In this document: positions 1 through 10,695 of the stretch, one piece after another | Layout: every line of letters starts with the position of its first letter | How positions within the stretch are numbered: the stretch's first letter is position 1 | NCBI GenBank assembly: GCA_964019335.1 | Contig: OZ025682.1 | Coordinates: forward strand, 1-64,000 | Source: Diplonema japonicum | Taxonomy: Eukaryota; Protista; Euglenozoa: Diplonemea | Direction of reading: 5' to 3' | Length of the DNA stretch: 64,000 bases | Program-made: the position numbers and the translations under genes | Notes under the pieces: model-generated | What the model saw: only the letters and a program-made list of their open reading frames with translations | The model's database searches: none | Told to the model about the DNA's origin: nothing

Positions 1-588
1 GGGTTTGCGGGTTTGCGGGTTTGCGGGTTTGCGGGTTTGCGGGTTTGCGGGTTTGCGGGTTTGCGGGTTTGCGGGTTTGCGGGTTTGCGGGTTTGCGGGT
101 TTGCGGGTTTGCGGGTTTGCGGGTTTGCGGGTTTGCGGGTTTGCGGGTTTGCGGGTTTGCGGGTTTGCGGGTTTGCGGGTTTGCGGGTTTGCGGGTTTGC
201 GGGTTTGCGGGTTTGCGGGTTTGCGGGTTTGCGGGTTTGCGGGTTTGCGGGTTTGCGGGTTTGCGGGTTTGCGGGTTTGCGGGTTTGCGGGTTTGCGGGT
301 TTGCGGGTTTGCGGGTTTGCGGGTTTGCGGGTTTGCGGGTTTGCGGGTTTGCGGGTTTGCGGGTTTGCGGGTTTGCGGGTTTGCGGGTTTGCGGGTTTGC
401 GGGTTTGCGGGTTTGCGGGTTTGCGGGTTTGCGGGTTTGCGGGTTTGCGGGTTTGCGGGTTTGCGGGTTTGCGGGTTTGCGGGTTTGCGGGTTTGCGGGT
501 TTGCGGGTTTGCGGGTTTGCGGGTTTGCGGGTTTGCGGGTTTGCGGGTTTGCGGGTTTGCGGGTTTGCGGGTTTGCGGGTTTGCGGGG
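1..588 (+). repeat. Perfect tandem array (GGGTTTGC)73 + GGGG; telomere-like octamer satellite, open at window start
   Basis: Units start at 1, 9, ... 577 and no variant units were seen. GGG runs every 8 nt give G-quadruplex potential on the + strand. Confidence 0.98.
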
Positions 589-3500
589 TATGGGCCCCAC
601 CCGTGCCCTCCCCGACTCGAGCTGCAGCCAAGCCACCGCACTGTTCACCGGGGCCCAGTTCTCCTTGTTGCGCACCTTGACCGTGTCCCGCACCAGGTCG
701 TCGCTCCCCAGCTCTTCCATCAACCTGTGCTCCGCCAAGAACTTGAACTGGGGCCCGGTCATCCCCTTGAGCTCACCCCTGCATATGTTGGCTTCGACCA
801 CGGTGCCATCCGCCCCCGTACCCTTCAGATAGATGTAGCCACCCTCCACACAATCCGAGTCAGTACTGGCCGATCGGGCCCGGGCCCGCTTCTTGTCCTT
901 CTTGCTCCACTTCAGCTCTTCCAGGGTGGGGAGGTCCGTGGCAACCACCTCAGGCCGCCTCTCCCTGTCTTCCTCCTTCTTCCGGGCCAACAGCCCAAGG
1001 TACCTCTCAAAGGAGACGTCCTCGAACAACCCCGGGACCGTCACCACCGCTGACTGCAGGTCGACCTCTTCAACACCCATCTTCCGCAGATGGTCCTGGA
1101 CAGTGCGCCTCGTCTCCTTCTCGCAGGGCCCCCTCCCCTCGTAGACGTCGAGGGTGACCTTCCTTCCATCCCTCACCCACGCCTTCACTTTGATCAGGTC
1201 CTTGACCTTTCCCACTGGGGCCCTTATCCTTGCGTCGCACCTCTCCAAGAACTCACGTAGTGTCACCTTGGTAGCGCCGGCTCCCGCCGCAATGCCCACT
1301 ACCCCTTCCTTCCCCGGTGTCGGGTGGTGTCTGCACCCCCGGGTCTGCAACTTGACCACCCTCCATGCCGTTTCCAGAGTCCCCTTGAGCACGCCACCCT
1401 TGAAACGAACAGGTTGCACCGCCGAACACCCACACGCGTACGTGATCTGGAAATCCTGGACCGTCCTCGGGAACTCGAACTCGCGGTATGTTTCCGACTT
1501 CTGCACCTCACAACCCACAATGCGGCTGCGGCGCTCTCCGTCCGACCCACCTTCCAAGCTTGCGAAGTACTGCTTTACCATCATGTATCCAAGTCCAGCG
1601 ATACCAATCTGGCCAGCCATAGCCACCTCCAGTGGAACACCCAGCGACTCGGCCTTCGCAAGAAGCATCTCCTCAGTCCTCTCCCTTCCAGGGTCCGTTC
1701 CTTCTTCAAGGATGATCTCCACCCGGCCCTCGAACTGGATGATGAACTTGAGCAGTCGGTCCCCCGGCCTCGCCCTCAGTGGCACCATCGCTCTCGGAAT
1801 TGGGATGCCCATCACCACATCAATCGGGTCAAGCTGAACGAAGTCTCCCCCTACTTCCACCTGCTGTTCCCTTTCCGGTGCCCCGACTCCCATCAGCTGA
1901 TCTCCCTCCGGCGTCTGGATCCCACCCCTAGGTGTGTCAGGCCCCGACTGGCTGCCTCCGCTCGGTGCGTTCCCGCCCTCTTTGGTCCCTTCGGGGGCGT
2001 CATCCGCCTGCGGCTTCAGAGTCCTCCCACCGCCCTGTCTCTTCGCAGCTTGTTCCCTACAGAATTCGCTCACGGTCATCTTCCTCGTAGCCGTTGTCGC
2101 ACTCTGGTCCCCCTTGTTCGAGTCCCTCTGGGCCTCCGTGAGACACTGGTCCAAGGTCTGGTTCACCGCAGCGTCAGTCGCCCCTTGTCTCTTCCCATCT
2201 TCCTGGGCCTTCGGGGAAAGCCCCCCTCCCTGCCCAGCCCTCTCGCTGGATCCTGTTCCGGCCATCTCCGTGTCTTCTCCTCCCGGCGAGGCTGCTTCGA
2301 GTCCTGCTCCCGCTTTCCCTTGTGTTCCACCCTCCACCGGTTCCGCCTTTCGCTGCTGCTGCATTCGGGCGTCCAGGTCCTTCTTCGTCTGCTCCAGAAG
2401 GGCATCCAGCTGGTGGGCCACCGTGATTGGGGGTCCGCCTCCCTGTCCCTTCACTTCCCTCTCGGACGACTCCTCAGCTTCGGTGGTTTTTTCATTGCCG
2501 AAGGAGTCCTCTGTGAGGTCAGTGTTGGATTCAGTGTTGGGTTCGTTGTTCGCTTCCTCGTTGTCCTTTTTTTCCTCTTCGCCGTCCGGTACCGGGGGCC
2601 CTGGATCCAACTGTACAGGCCCTTTGACTAACAGCGCCCCTGCTATCGATCTCATCATGGCCGTTGACACCTCTTGGACCACACGCCTGTGTATCGAGAC
2701 TCTGTCCCCGTGAGCCTGCGCAGCTATGCTCTTGGACAGTTTCTTCGTGAGGTAGACTGCTGCCTCCCCGAACCCCCCAAAGGTCTCCATCGCGAAAGGT
2801 ACAAAGGCCACGCGTGTCTTGGCGAGCTTTGCCTCATACTTCTGGCGCTTGTAGTGTTCCGCCTTCGCCGCTGCGTACCCCGCAGTCTTCGCCGCCTGGT
2901 TGACACAAGACTCGTTCCTCGGGTGCACGATGACCACGTCCATAGCCATTGGGCGGGAACCCCCCACCCCACCTGGGAAGACACGTCCGCCGGGCGCTGG
3001 GACGACCCCGGGATCAGCCCCGTCTTCTCCATCGTTGCGCTCACCCCGGCCCACTGACAGTGTCTGTGGATGGTCTCCTTCACCCGGTCGTGCCTCGCAA
3101 TCCTGGCGTTGCCGCATCCCTGGGCATGGTCACCCCATACGTCCATCCCCTCAGTCTTGCACCTCGGGTCGTGGCAGCTCTCACCCTGCTTGTAGACCGG
3201 AGCCCCCAACCACCACTTGATCAGAGCCCCAAACTCGTTGTCCGACAGCTGGTTGTAGAAGTCAGGCGTCGCCGTCAACCACGCCCCCGCATAGTGCATT
3301 GACTCCGACATCAACCTCGCTCTCGAGCGTGCATCTGCTTTCGCCAAGAGGTCCTCCAGCGCCTTCTCATCAAGCACCCTAGAGAGCCACCTCTGGCTGC
3401 AGATGTGGGGGGCCTTGGCCACCATGTCGGTGTAATCTGCATGCCGCCTTTCGTCCTGTTGAACCACTTGAGCCAGCTCCCCCATACACCCCCTTCCAGC

Positions 3501-3726
3501 CCATGTTCGTATTTGGGATCCAGCTCCTTGCACAGCTTCATCGTCGACGCCCTCGAAGCCATGTTGGCCACACGCAGGTGCTCCTGGCAGCTCCTCATCC
3601 CAAGCCCACCGACTTTTACAGACAGTTTCGCCTGCTGCCATTCTTTCGACCCGTTCTCGAACTGCATGCCACACACCTTCGACATCGTCTTCCACACCAT
3701 CTCATCGAACCTGTGCATGACCCCTC
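589..3726 (-). mobile_element. 5'-truncated, frameshifted non-LTR retrotransposon of RLE type (CRE/SLACS-like clade) with long C-terminal extension
   Basis: Manual minus-strand translation shows the RT thumb end (QAKLSVKVGGLG), AGAWL, a CCHC knuckle (CHDPRC...GDHAQGC), RHD, and an RLE core (RPADV../DVVIVHP../KRQKY../FVPFAMETFGGFGEA). Frameshifts lie near 3430 and 2980. The frame then stays open from ~2980 into the repeat. Confidence 0.85.
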
Positions 3727-4924
3727 CCTAGTAATGGTCTATCTGTTGGTTTTCTTTCCTTTATAACTTACCTTTCTCATTCTTTGTATTTACCCCCCCC
3801 CCCCCTGTTTTTACTGTACTTTATTGGCAGGTTGTTTTAAAAAAATAACCTAACCCAACAAGACACCCCAATAGCACCAGCAAATCTGTCAGAAAAGACT
3901 ACCTGATAGCCTACCTTGGGTGGAATGGGGGCATGGCTGGCAATATTGGGGTTGAAAGGTCCCAGGATTGAGGTGAAGAAGGTGCCACCACTGACACTGT
4001 TATTGTTGGCAAGGCACTGGAGGTGAAGGAGATTGCAGCCAAGAGGAAAGACCAACTGCTATTGCTGGGCAAGGAACCAAAAGAATGAAATAAATTCCAC
4101 AAAAAAAACCAAGTAAGGGTAAAAGGTTTGAATACATAGGTTAAATGGGCTGTGGTTAAAACTTTCCATTGGCTGTTCAGAATTCCATTTTTGGGACAAA
4201 ATTGGGTGTTCAAAAAAAAATTATTTTTTGCCCTCAGTGTTGTCATGAGGATGAGTTGCCCCCCTGAGATTTTCGGATTTTTACTTACTTTTTACTTCAG
4301 AATATAGTTTAGAGATGTGTATTCCACCTAAACACCTTTCTGAACTTTTTGGTTTGCAGAAATGGGTTTTTAAGGTGTTTTTAATATAAATTTCATGATT
4401 TCTGGCTTTTTCCAGAAAAAAATTTTTGGGGTTAAAAATGGCCAAAGTGACCCCAAGTTTGGGGTCCCCTGGGAAAAAAAAATTTTTTTTGGCCAAAAAT
4501 TTCCAAAAAAGTCTGTTTTGAGGGTGCTAAATGTGTGAGGGTCCCTAGAAAAAAAAAATTTTTTTTGCCCCCCCACCCCCCCACCCCCCTGCCACCCTAA
4601 AACCGAAAATACAGGTCTGAGGGGTCTACTGGTCTGGCCCCCTTTTCCTTCGTCAGGCGTCTTGCCACACACCACAGGTACCCTTAAATGTCTTTCTTTT
4701 TTTTTTCTTCTTCTTCATACCACAGACATGCACAGCTCCATCAAGCCATTTGACACATTTGCACCTATCTACTCTGGTTCACTGCAGCTGCAGGTATGTA
4801 TATATGTCCTGAAATGTTGAATTTGGATGTAATAGAAAAGGGTGGAAATAATAAATAATATGTACAAGAGGAGGGTGTGTGTGTTTACACAACCTGTGTA
4901 AACAGATTGGTTCCTTAATTGTAT

Positions 4925-6784
4925 TTAAAAAAAGAAGGGGGAAGCAATATATTTTACAGGTGTTTTGAACAACTGTGTAAAACAGTGCTCAGATATCAAC
5001 CTGTGTAAACAGATCAGTCTGTTTAATGTTGGGCTGCAACCTATTGCTAGGTACTCATCAATCTGCATCCCCAGCTGCTGCCAATCTGCCATCATTTTTT
5101 GCAATTCAGCAAACGGGATGAGGTGATCCAGCAGTGTGTTTTGCAGTGTGACCAAGTCTGAAAGTTCTCCAGTTGATACTTTGGGATTCAGAAAAGTATA
5201 CAACCTGATACCAAGAAACGACATGTTTCGTTCAGCCCTTGCTTTGTAAACCTTGATGACTTCAGAGACTGTGGTAGCATTGAGTGACCCCTCCACCTGG
5301 GATTCAAGGAATTTCTTCAAGCTCTTTCCAACAACGAAAATTTCATATGCCACCATAGCTATGCCAGATGTGTCCCCTTGCACACAATCTGTTGCAACTG
5401 TGAAGGGTGTGGAAATCTGTATTGCGAATTCCAGCTCTGCCCCAAAACCTTCCTCTATGCCTGGAAAGAATTCTAGGAGATCAAGGATGGACTTCATCAT
5501 TTTGAAAAACGAATTCCATCTGGTCTTTGTGTACCTCTTGATCTGTCTCGTCTTTTCACAGCATACTCCATGTGAGACCTGTATGGTGTGGAGTGCCAAC
5601 TGCCCAGCTTTTGAGGTCCATCTCTTGATCAGCGTTTTCACTTTGGCTCTAATGTTAGCCAGTCGCTCAATCTTGAAGATGTCACCAAGGGCAAGTTGCA
5701 TGGAATGTGCAACACAACGATATGCTAGGACACCTTTGCAACTCAGCATTGTAGTTGTATTGTTCAAAAGCTGGTCCATTCCAGCAGAGAGCTCAGTGTT
5801 GTCAGAGTTGGTGTCGGTTTCAGAGTTGGAGTCAAGGTCAGTGACACCTGAAGCATCACTACTGCTAATATTGCTGCTAACATCCTCAATGTCATCAAAT
5901 AAAAAGTTGAGTTCCACTTCGATGTCTTGATGTATCTTTGCAAGCACTGCTTGCATCACACTAGCATTATCAGCACATACTGAAAATACATGTACAACAT
6001 GGCTCCGAAGTTCCAGTATCATTTCACGGATGTGGGACAAAATGACAGCAGCAGTGGCACTCACTTTTGTAAGGTCTATCATCTTGCAAAAGTAGCTGTT
6101 CTTCCCATCTGACATACTAATGCCAAGGATGCTTTGATGGTTTATTGTGGCCCTATCAACAAGGAGGTACACATTCTGCCCTTGGAGCCTGTTTAGGACA
6201 GCAGCATATGTCTCCTGTCCAAGTTCAACAACACGGCTTTGCATATGTTTCCTGTTGATTCCTTTCAATTTGCCTGCATTGAAAAAGCTGTGAAAGAACT
6301 TTCAATCACAATACAGGCAAAGGAAAATGGACACACGATCCACCATACTCAGGGCTTGCTTCTCTTGGACAACACATCTCTTTGCTGTGAGATTTGAGCC
6401 TTGAGAATGAGGTGAACCCTGTGACAGCAACAACCCTGGCATTGGCTCAGAGATCAGACTGCACTTTTCTTTTGCTGGCTTGGGGATCTTTTGCAGCTGT
6501 CTTCTTCTTCAGCTTTTCTGCCAATTTCGCTTTTGCACCAGGGCTGTGTCTGCACTCCCAGTGCTCCTTCAGCTTCCCCGATCTTGACTGGATGGTCACT
6601 GCACGTTCAACACACTCAGGGGCCGCTTCTCTATGACTGTGCCATCCTTTTCCTTTGTCACTATCTTGCCAAAGTAGTACTCCTTAGAAGGGTCGATACC
6701 ATGTGCATCACCAACAGACCATGTCTTGTCCCAGATGGATGTCTTGGGTGTTGTAGAACATTCCTTGGCAGGTGCTTCCAACAT
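4925..6784 (-). pseudogene. hAT-superfamily transposase pseudogene
   Basis: ORF 4925..6268 has YLLVDRAT (first D), VCADNASVM (second D), RCVAHSMQL (CxxH) and TRWNS. A broken BED-finger-like piece lies upstream (..LKEHWECRH.., 6450-6780). No C-terminal ERxFS/dimerisation motif is present. Confidence 0.8.
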
Positions 6785-6789
6785 GACCT

Positions 6790-6903
6790 GTCAGTCCCAT
6801 CCCATCCCCTAAAACGGAATACAGGCCTGGACAGGACTCACAGGACTCCATGGGATGGGACTCGATGGGACTCACAGGACTCACAGGACTTTCCCCAACA
6901 CTG
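6790..6903 (-). mobile_element. hAT element 5' terminus with subterminal GAGTCC repeats
   Basis: Reverse complement reads CAGTGTTGGGGAAAGTCCTGTGAGTCCTGTGAGTCCCATCGAGTCC..., about 120 bp upstream of the transposase 5' fragment. A related (gagtccc[c/t]t)n block lies at 8295-8423. Confidence 0.65.
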
Positions 6904-7337
6904 TCATTATTTTTGATAGTTTTGGAACTTTTTTTTTTTTTCTTTTTTTCCCTTTGAGAAAAAAAAAAAAAAAAAAAGGGGAAAAAAATCCTTGATTTTT
7001 TTTGACATACATGATGTGTTTACCTTTTTTTTTTTTTCCTTCTTTTTTTCTTGTCTTCTCACATTTTTTCACACACCTAAGCCAAACTGTTGTTTCTGCT
7101 TTCCACATTAAATGTTGAATTTGGATGTAATAGAAAAGGGGAAATAATAAATAATATGTACAAGAGGAGGGTGTGTATGTTTATACAACCTGTGTAAACA
7201 GATCGGTTCCTTGCTTTCAGTGCTGTGCCCCTAATGTGTGTGATGTACAGCTCAACCCCTGCATTGCACTGCCTGTTTGTTGCACATATTTCATGTTGTC
7301 TCCCCCCCCCCACCTGAAAATAATATATAGGAGATAA

Positions 7338-7680
7338 ATATATGAGTTAAAGGAGGCTGGTGTTGGCAGCACCCTGCACAAGAACTGTCTACTTGATTAC
7401 AGGGGGGTGCACCACAGCCAAGTTGTAGCTTCTTCTGCGTTCTGCATCATTTCCTTAATCACAATGGCCGGATGGCCAGGTTGTAGCTTCTTCTGCATTC
7501 TGTGTCGTGTCCTTAATGTGTGTGGTGTTCAGCTCAACCCCAGCCAGGGCACCCCAGGTAACCAAGATTCTGCACTTGTGTTGTTTGCTCAGTGATGACA
7601 GATGAGGAGGTCAACAGCAAATGCATCTGATGTTTTTCTTATATTTTCATGTTATCCCCACCACCTGAAAAAGAAGATAA

Positions 7681-7685
<5 letters not shown>
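7338..7685 (-). repeat. Dispersed repeat family copy (inverted relative to 9047-9385)
   Basis: Reverse complement matches 9047-9385 (ttggttaccc..gttgagctgaacacc..cattaaggacacgac..gaagaagctacaac..ccctgtaatcaagtag..tttaactcatata). Confidence 0.85.
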
Positions 7686-7712
<27 letters not shown>

Positions 7713-9002
7713 CCTACCAACAGTCAGCACCCCCATGCACACTGAATTTTTTTCTTTTTTTTTTTTGTATATTGTGCACCAGGAGGTGCACATTGTGACA
7801 CCTGCTTTTCCCTGTGCAGCATAGTGGTCATGTTATAAAACACGTGCTGTGTTGGGCACCCTGTGTTGCATACATCATGTAGAACATCAGGTATGTGAAA
7901 TATGGTGTAAAATATGTCACAACACACCACATGGTGTGGTCGAAAATTTGTGGGCCAGACCCCTCAGACCACCAGTCTGGCCAACACTGCCCATCCCTTT
8001 TTTTACTTTTTTTTTTTTTTTTTTTTTATTCATTGTACTTTTCTTGCAAAGACCTCTTTTTAATATTTTTTTCAAAGCAGGTCTCCAAACCCCCTGACAT
8101 TTTTTTTAATTTTTTTTTTTAAATTTTTTTTTTTACATAGTCACAACAAGGTAGTATGAGCCTTGCCTCACATCCCACCCAAACCTAGGACCTCTTTTTT
8201 TGAACCTTTGAAACCAAAAGTACCAAAAAAATGCAAGCCCCAGCCTAAATTTGGGCCTTTGTGACACAAAAAACACAAAGAAATTTTTTGGTCCCAAGAG
8301 TCCCCTGAGTCCCTTGAGTCCCTTGAGTCCCCTGAGTCCCCTCCAGACCCCTGAAAATTTCAGGGGACTCCTGTCCTGTCCCTTGGAGTCCCCTGAGTCC
8401 CTCAAGGGTCTGGACCAACACTGGTCTGGTCCAGTCCGGTCTAGTCCTAATTAGGATTCACCCATCACTGCAGATAGACCATTACTAGGCCTGATATAGG
8501 TACCCTTATGGAAAAAAAATCAATTTTTCTGAGGTAAAAAACCACCTTTCAGGTGTTTTTGACCACTTGTTCATGTGAAAAATATTTTTTTAGGCACCTT
8601 TTTTTTTGACCCCCAAACATCTCACTTTTACCCCACTTCACTAAAAGCCTCTATTAAGGCCTAGGATAGGTACTTTTGAGAAAAAAAAATTTGGAAAAAA
8701 AATCAATTTTTGGGTGTCTTTGACAACTTTTTTTGGGTGGAAAAAAATTTTTTTTGGACACTATAAAAAAATTTTTTTTTGCCCCCCCACCCCCTGGATT
8801 TGCCCCCCCATGCCTTTGTGGGTTTGCGAAAATCTTGGGGGGGGGGGGGGGGGGGGCAACCCATTCTCGTAACAACACTGCCACAACACCACATCCCCCC
8901 CTTTTTTTGCTGCAGAGTTCAAACGTATAAACAGATGTCTACAAGAAAAGATGTTACACAGGTACTGAGAGACGACAACAACAACAACAACGAGAAACGA
9001 AG

Positions 9003-9046
<44 letters not shown>

Positions 9047-9053
<7 letters not shown>

Positions 9054-9385
9054 CTTCTTTTTCAGGTGGTGGGGATAACATGAAAATATAAGAAAAACAT
9101 CAGATGTGTTTGCTGTTGACCTCCTCATCAGTCATCACTGAGCAAACCGCACGAGTGCAGAATCTTGGTTACCCAGGGTGCCCTGGCTAGGGTTGAGCTG
9201 AACACCGCACACATTAAGGACACGACACGGAACACAGAAGAAGCTACAACTCGGCTGCGGTGATTAAGGACACGATGCAGAACGCAGAAGAAGCTACAAC
9301 CCGGCTGCAGTGCACCCCCTGTAATCAAGTAGACAGTTCTTGTGCAGGGCGCCACCAACACCAGCCTCTTTTAACTCATATATAT
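9047..9385 (+). repeat. Dispersed repeat family copy
   Basis: The same core recurs at 10696-10856 and 11103-11268, with partial copies at 9543-9611, 24692-24731 and ~35620-35656. Confidence 0.85.
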
Positions 9386-9695
9386 ATCATTCAGGTGGTG
9401 GGGATAACATGGAAATATAAGAAGTACATCAGATGTGTTGTTCGCTGTTGACCTCCATGTTGGTCATCACTGGTAGCGCCCGAGTGGAGGAACGTATTGC
9501 AGATGCTCAGGGTGATGAACTGGCAGCAAACTACACAGGCCCAATCTTAGTTACCAGGGCCATGGCTGGTGTTGAGCTGCACACTGCACACATTAAGGAC
9601 ACAACACGGAATATTGTGCTGTCAGTATATTGTCACCACTTTCAACCTTGATGATGCAAAGAGGAAAAAAAAAGGGGAAAAAAAAATAACTATTT

Positions 9696-9880
9696 ATTTA
9701 GTGAAAATAAGATCGTATGATTTTCACGCGTGGTGGCAGTGGTTTAACGAGTGGGTATATGACTTCACGAGCGAAGCGAGTGCAGTCATGAATGTCTACT
9801 TCACTCGCTTCGCTCGTGAAGTAACATCAACGAGTTAAACATGCCACCACAAGTGAAAATCGGATCTATTTTCACTAAAT
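9696..9880. repeat. ~185-bp imperfect palindrome (foldback element)
   Basis: Left arm atttagtgaaaata..gtggtggca..acttcacgagcgaagcgagtg pairs with right arm cactcgcttcgctcgtgaagt..tgccaccac..tattttcactaaat. Confidence 0.85.
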
Positions 9881-9886
9881 CCGTTG

Positions 9887-10469
9887 TTTTATTTAACGTC
9901 AGTCAGATTTGAAAGGGTGGGGCATACAGGTTACAAGTTACAAGTTACAAGTTACAAATTTTATTGGGGGTGCTTATGGTTGATATTGATTGTCAAGGCA
10001 TATCCTGTGTGGTGCGGGCTGTGCGTCCATGGGTGCTGACAGGACCTCGGTCTGGACCTGTGGGGCTGCTGCCTGGGTTGCTGAGGTTGTCCCACTAGCA
10101 GCTGTCACTGCGGCTTGCCAGCCCACCTCTCTCCCCTTCTGTTGAGAGAGGCGACCAGATCCTTGAGTGACGTAAAAAGTGAGATTCCCAGATTCGAACC
10201 GGGGTTTCTAAAACAAGGGGCCTGTGTGGTAACCACTTAGGTGATTCCTTTTCCGTGTTTTCGCCCCCGACCCCTTGCTGTGCAGTGAAAATAGGGCTAG
10301 CGTGAATATAAAGTACTTTATATTCACTCATAAAGTAATTTTCATTTCTGCCCCTGTTTTCTTCCTAAAACAAGCCTGAAATCTGCAATGAAAATAAAGT
10401 GAAGCGTGAAATAATGTGAAATATTATATTCACTCCCACCCTTGAAAATCTGACTGGAGTTATATAAAA
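9887..10469. mobile_element. MITE-like element with ~35-bp imperfect TIRs
   Basis: ttttatttaacgtcagtcagatttgaaagggtggg (9887-9921) vs cccacccttgaaaatctgactggagttatataaaa (10435-10469). Confidence 0.65.
10180..10250 (-). pseudogene. tRNA-like sequence (degenerate tRNA or SINE head)
   Basis: Minus strand has an A-box-like TAAGTGGTTA and a T-arm CCCGG-TTCGAAT-CTGGG, followed by TTTTT. Acceptor and anticodon stems are not convincing. Confidence 0.45.
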
Positions 10470-10695
10470 AAAAAAAAAAAACTAGTTTGGCACTCCATTT
10501 GTTTGTGCGCACGATCGGAATTTTACCTAATAAAATAGCTCATTACGCTGCCATCAACTAGTTTTTAGTCTCGACAATAATATTGTTAAAACAAAAAAAA
10601 AGGTAAGGAATTCCCTGTTCTGCCAAGTTCCGGTTCTGCCATTCTGCCAAGTTCCGACTTTCAGTTTGGCAGAAGGGAATGGAACGACCCACCCC

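Larger units (their letters stand above)
3727..8489. mobile_element. Inverted-repeat-bounded composite of nested hAT-type elements
   Basis: Perfect 19-bp inverted repeat: cctagtaatggtctatctg (3727-3745) and cagatagaccattactagg (8471-8489). It encloses a transposase pseudogene. No 8-bp TSD was found. Confidence 0.5.
4235..8880. mobile_element. Second hAT-type terminal inverted repeat pair (CAGTGTTGT...)
   Basis: 4235 reads cagtgttgtcatgaggatgagttgccccccctgagattttcg; the reverse complement ending at 8880 reads cagtgttgttacgagaatgggttgcccc..ccaagattttcg. Flanks (tttgccct vs ccacaaca) are not a TSD, so these may be ends of two separate copies. Confidence 0.5.

Noticed and set aside
1-588. CRISPR array or canonical TTAGGG telomere
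   Set aside because: No spacers are present, and both motif and strand polarity differ from a canonical left telomere.
5-1053. Plus-strand ORFs of (RVCGFAGL)n
   Set aside because: Translations of the stop-free octamer array; not genes.
589-1860. DNA methyltransferase, RNase H or protease in the retroelement extension
   Set aside because: No FxGxG/PC/ENV, DEDD or protease motifs are recognisable; left unassigned.
893-3766. Plus-strand ORFs of 83-435 aa
   Set aside because: Antisense shadows of the GC-rich minus-strand retroelement frame.
4235-8880. A single intact autonomous hAT element
   Set aside because: No TSD, a broken and truncated transposase, and multiple internal termini.
10180-10250. 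Functional tRNA gene
   Set aside because: Only the T-arm and an A-box-like motif are good; acceptor and anticodon stems do not pair convincingly.
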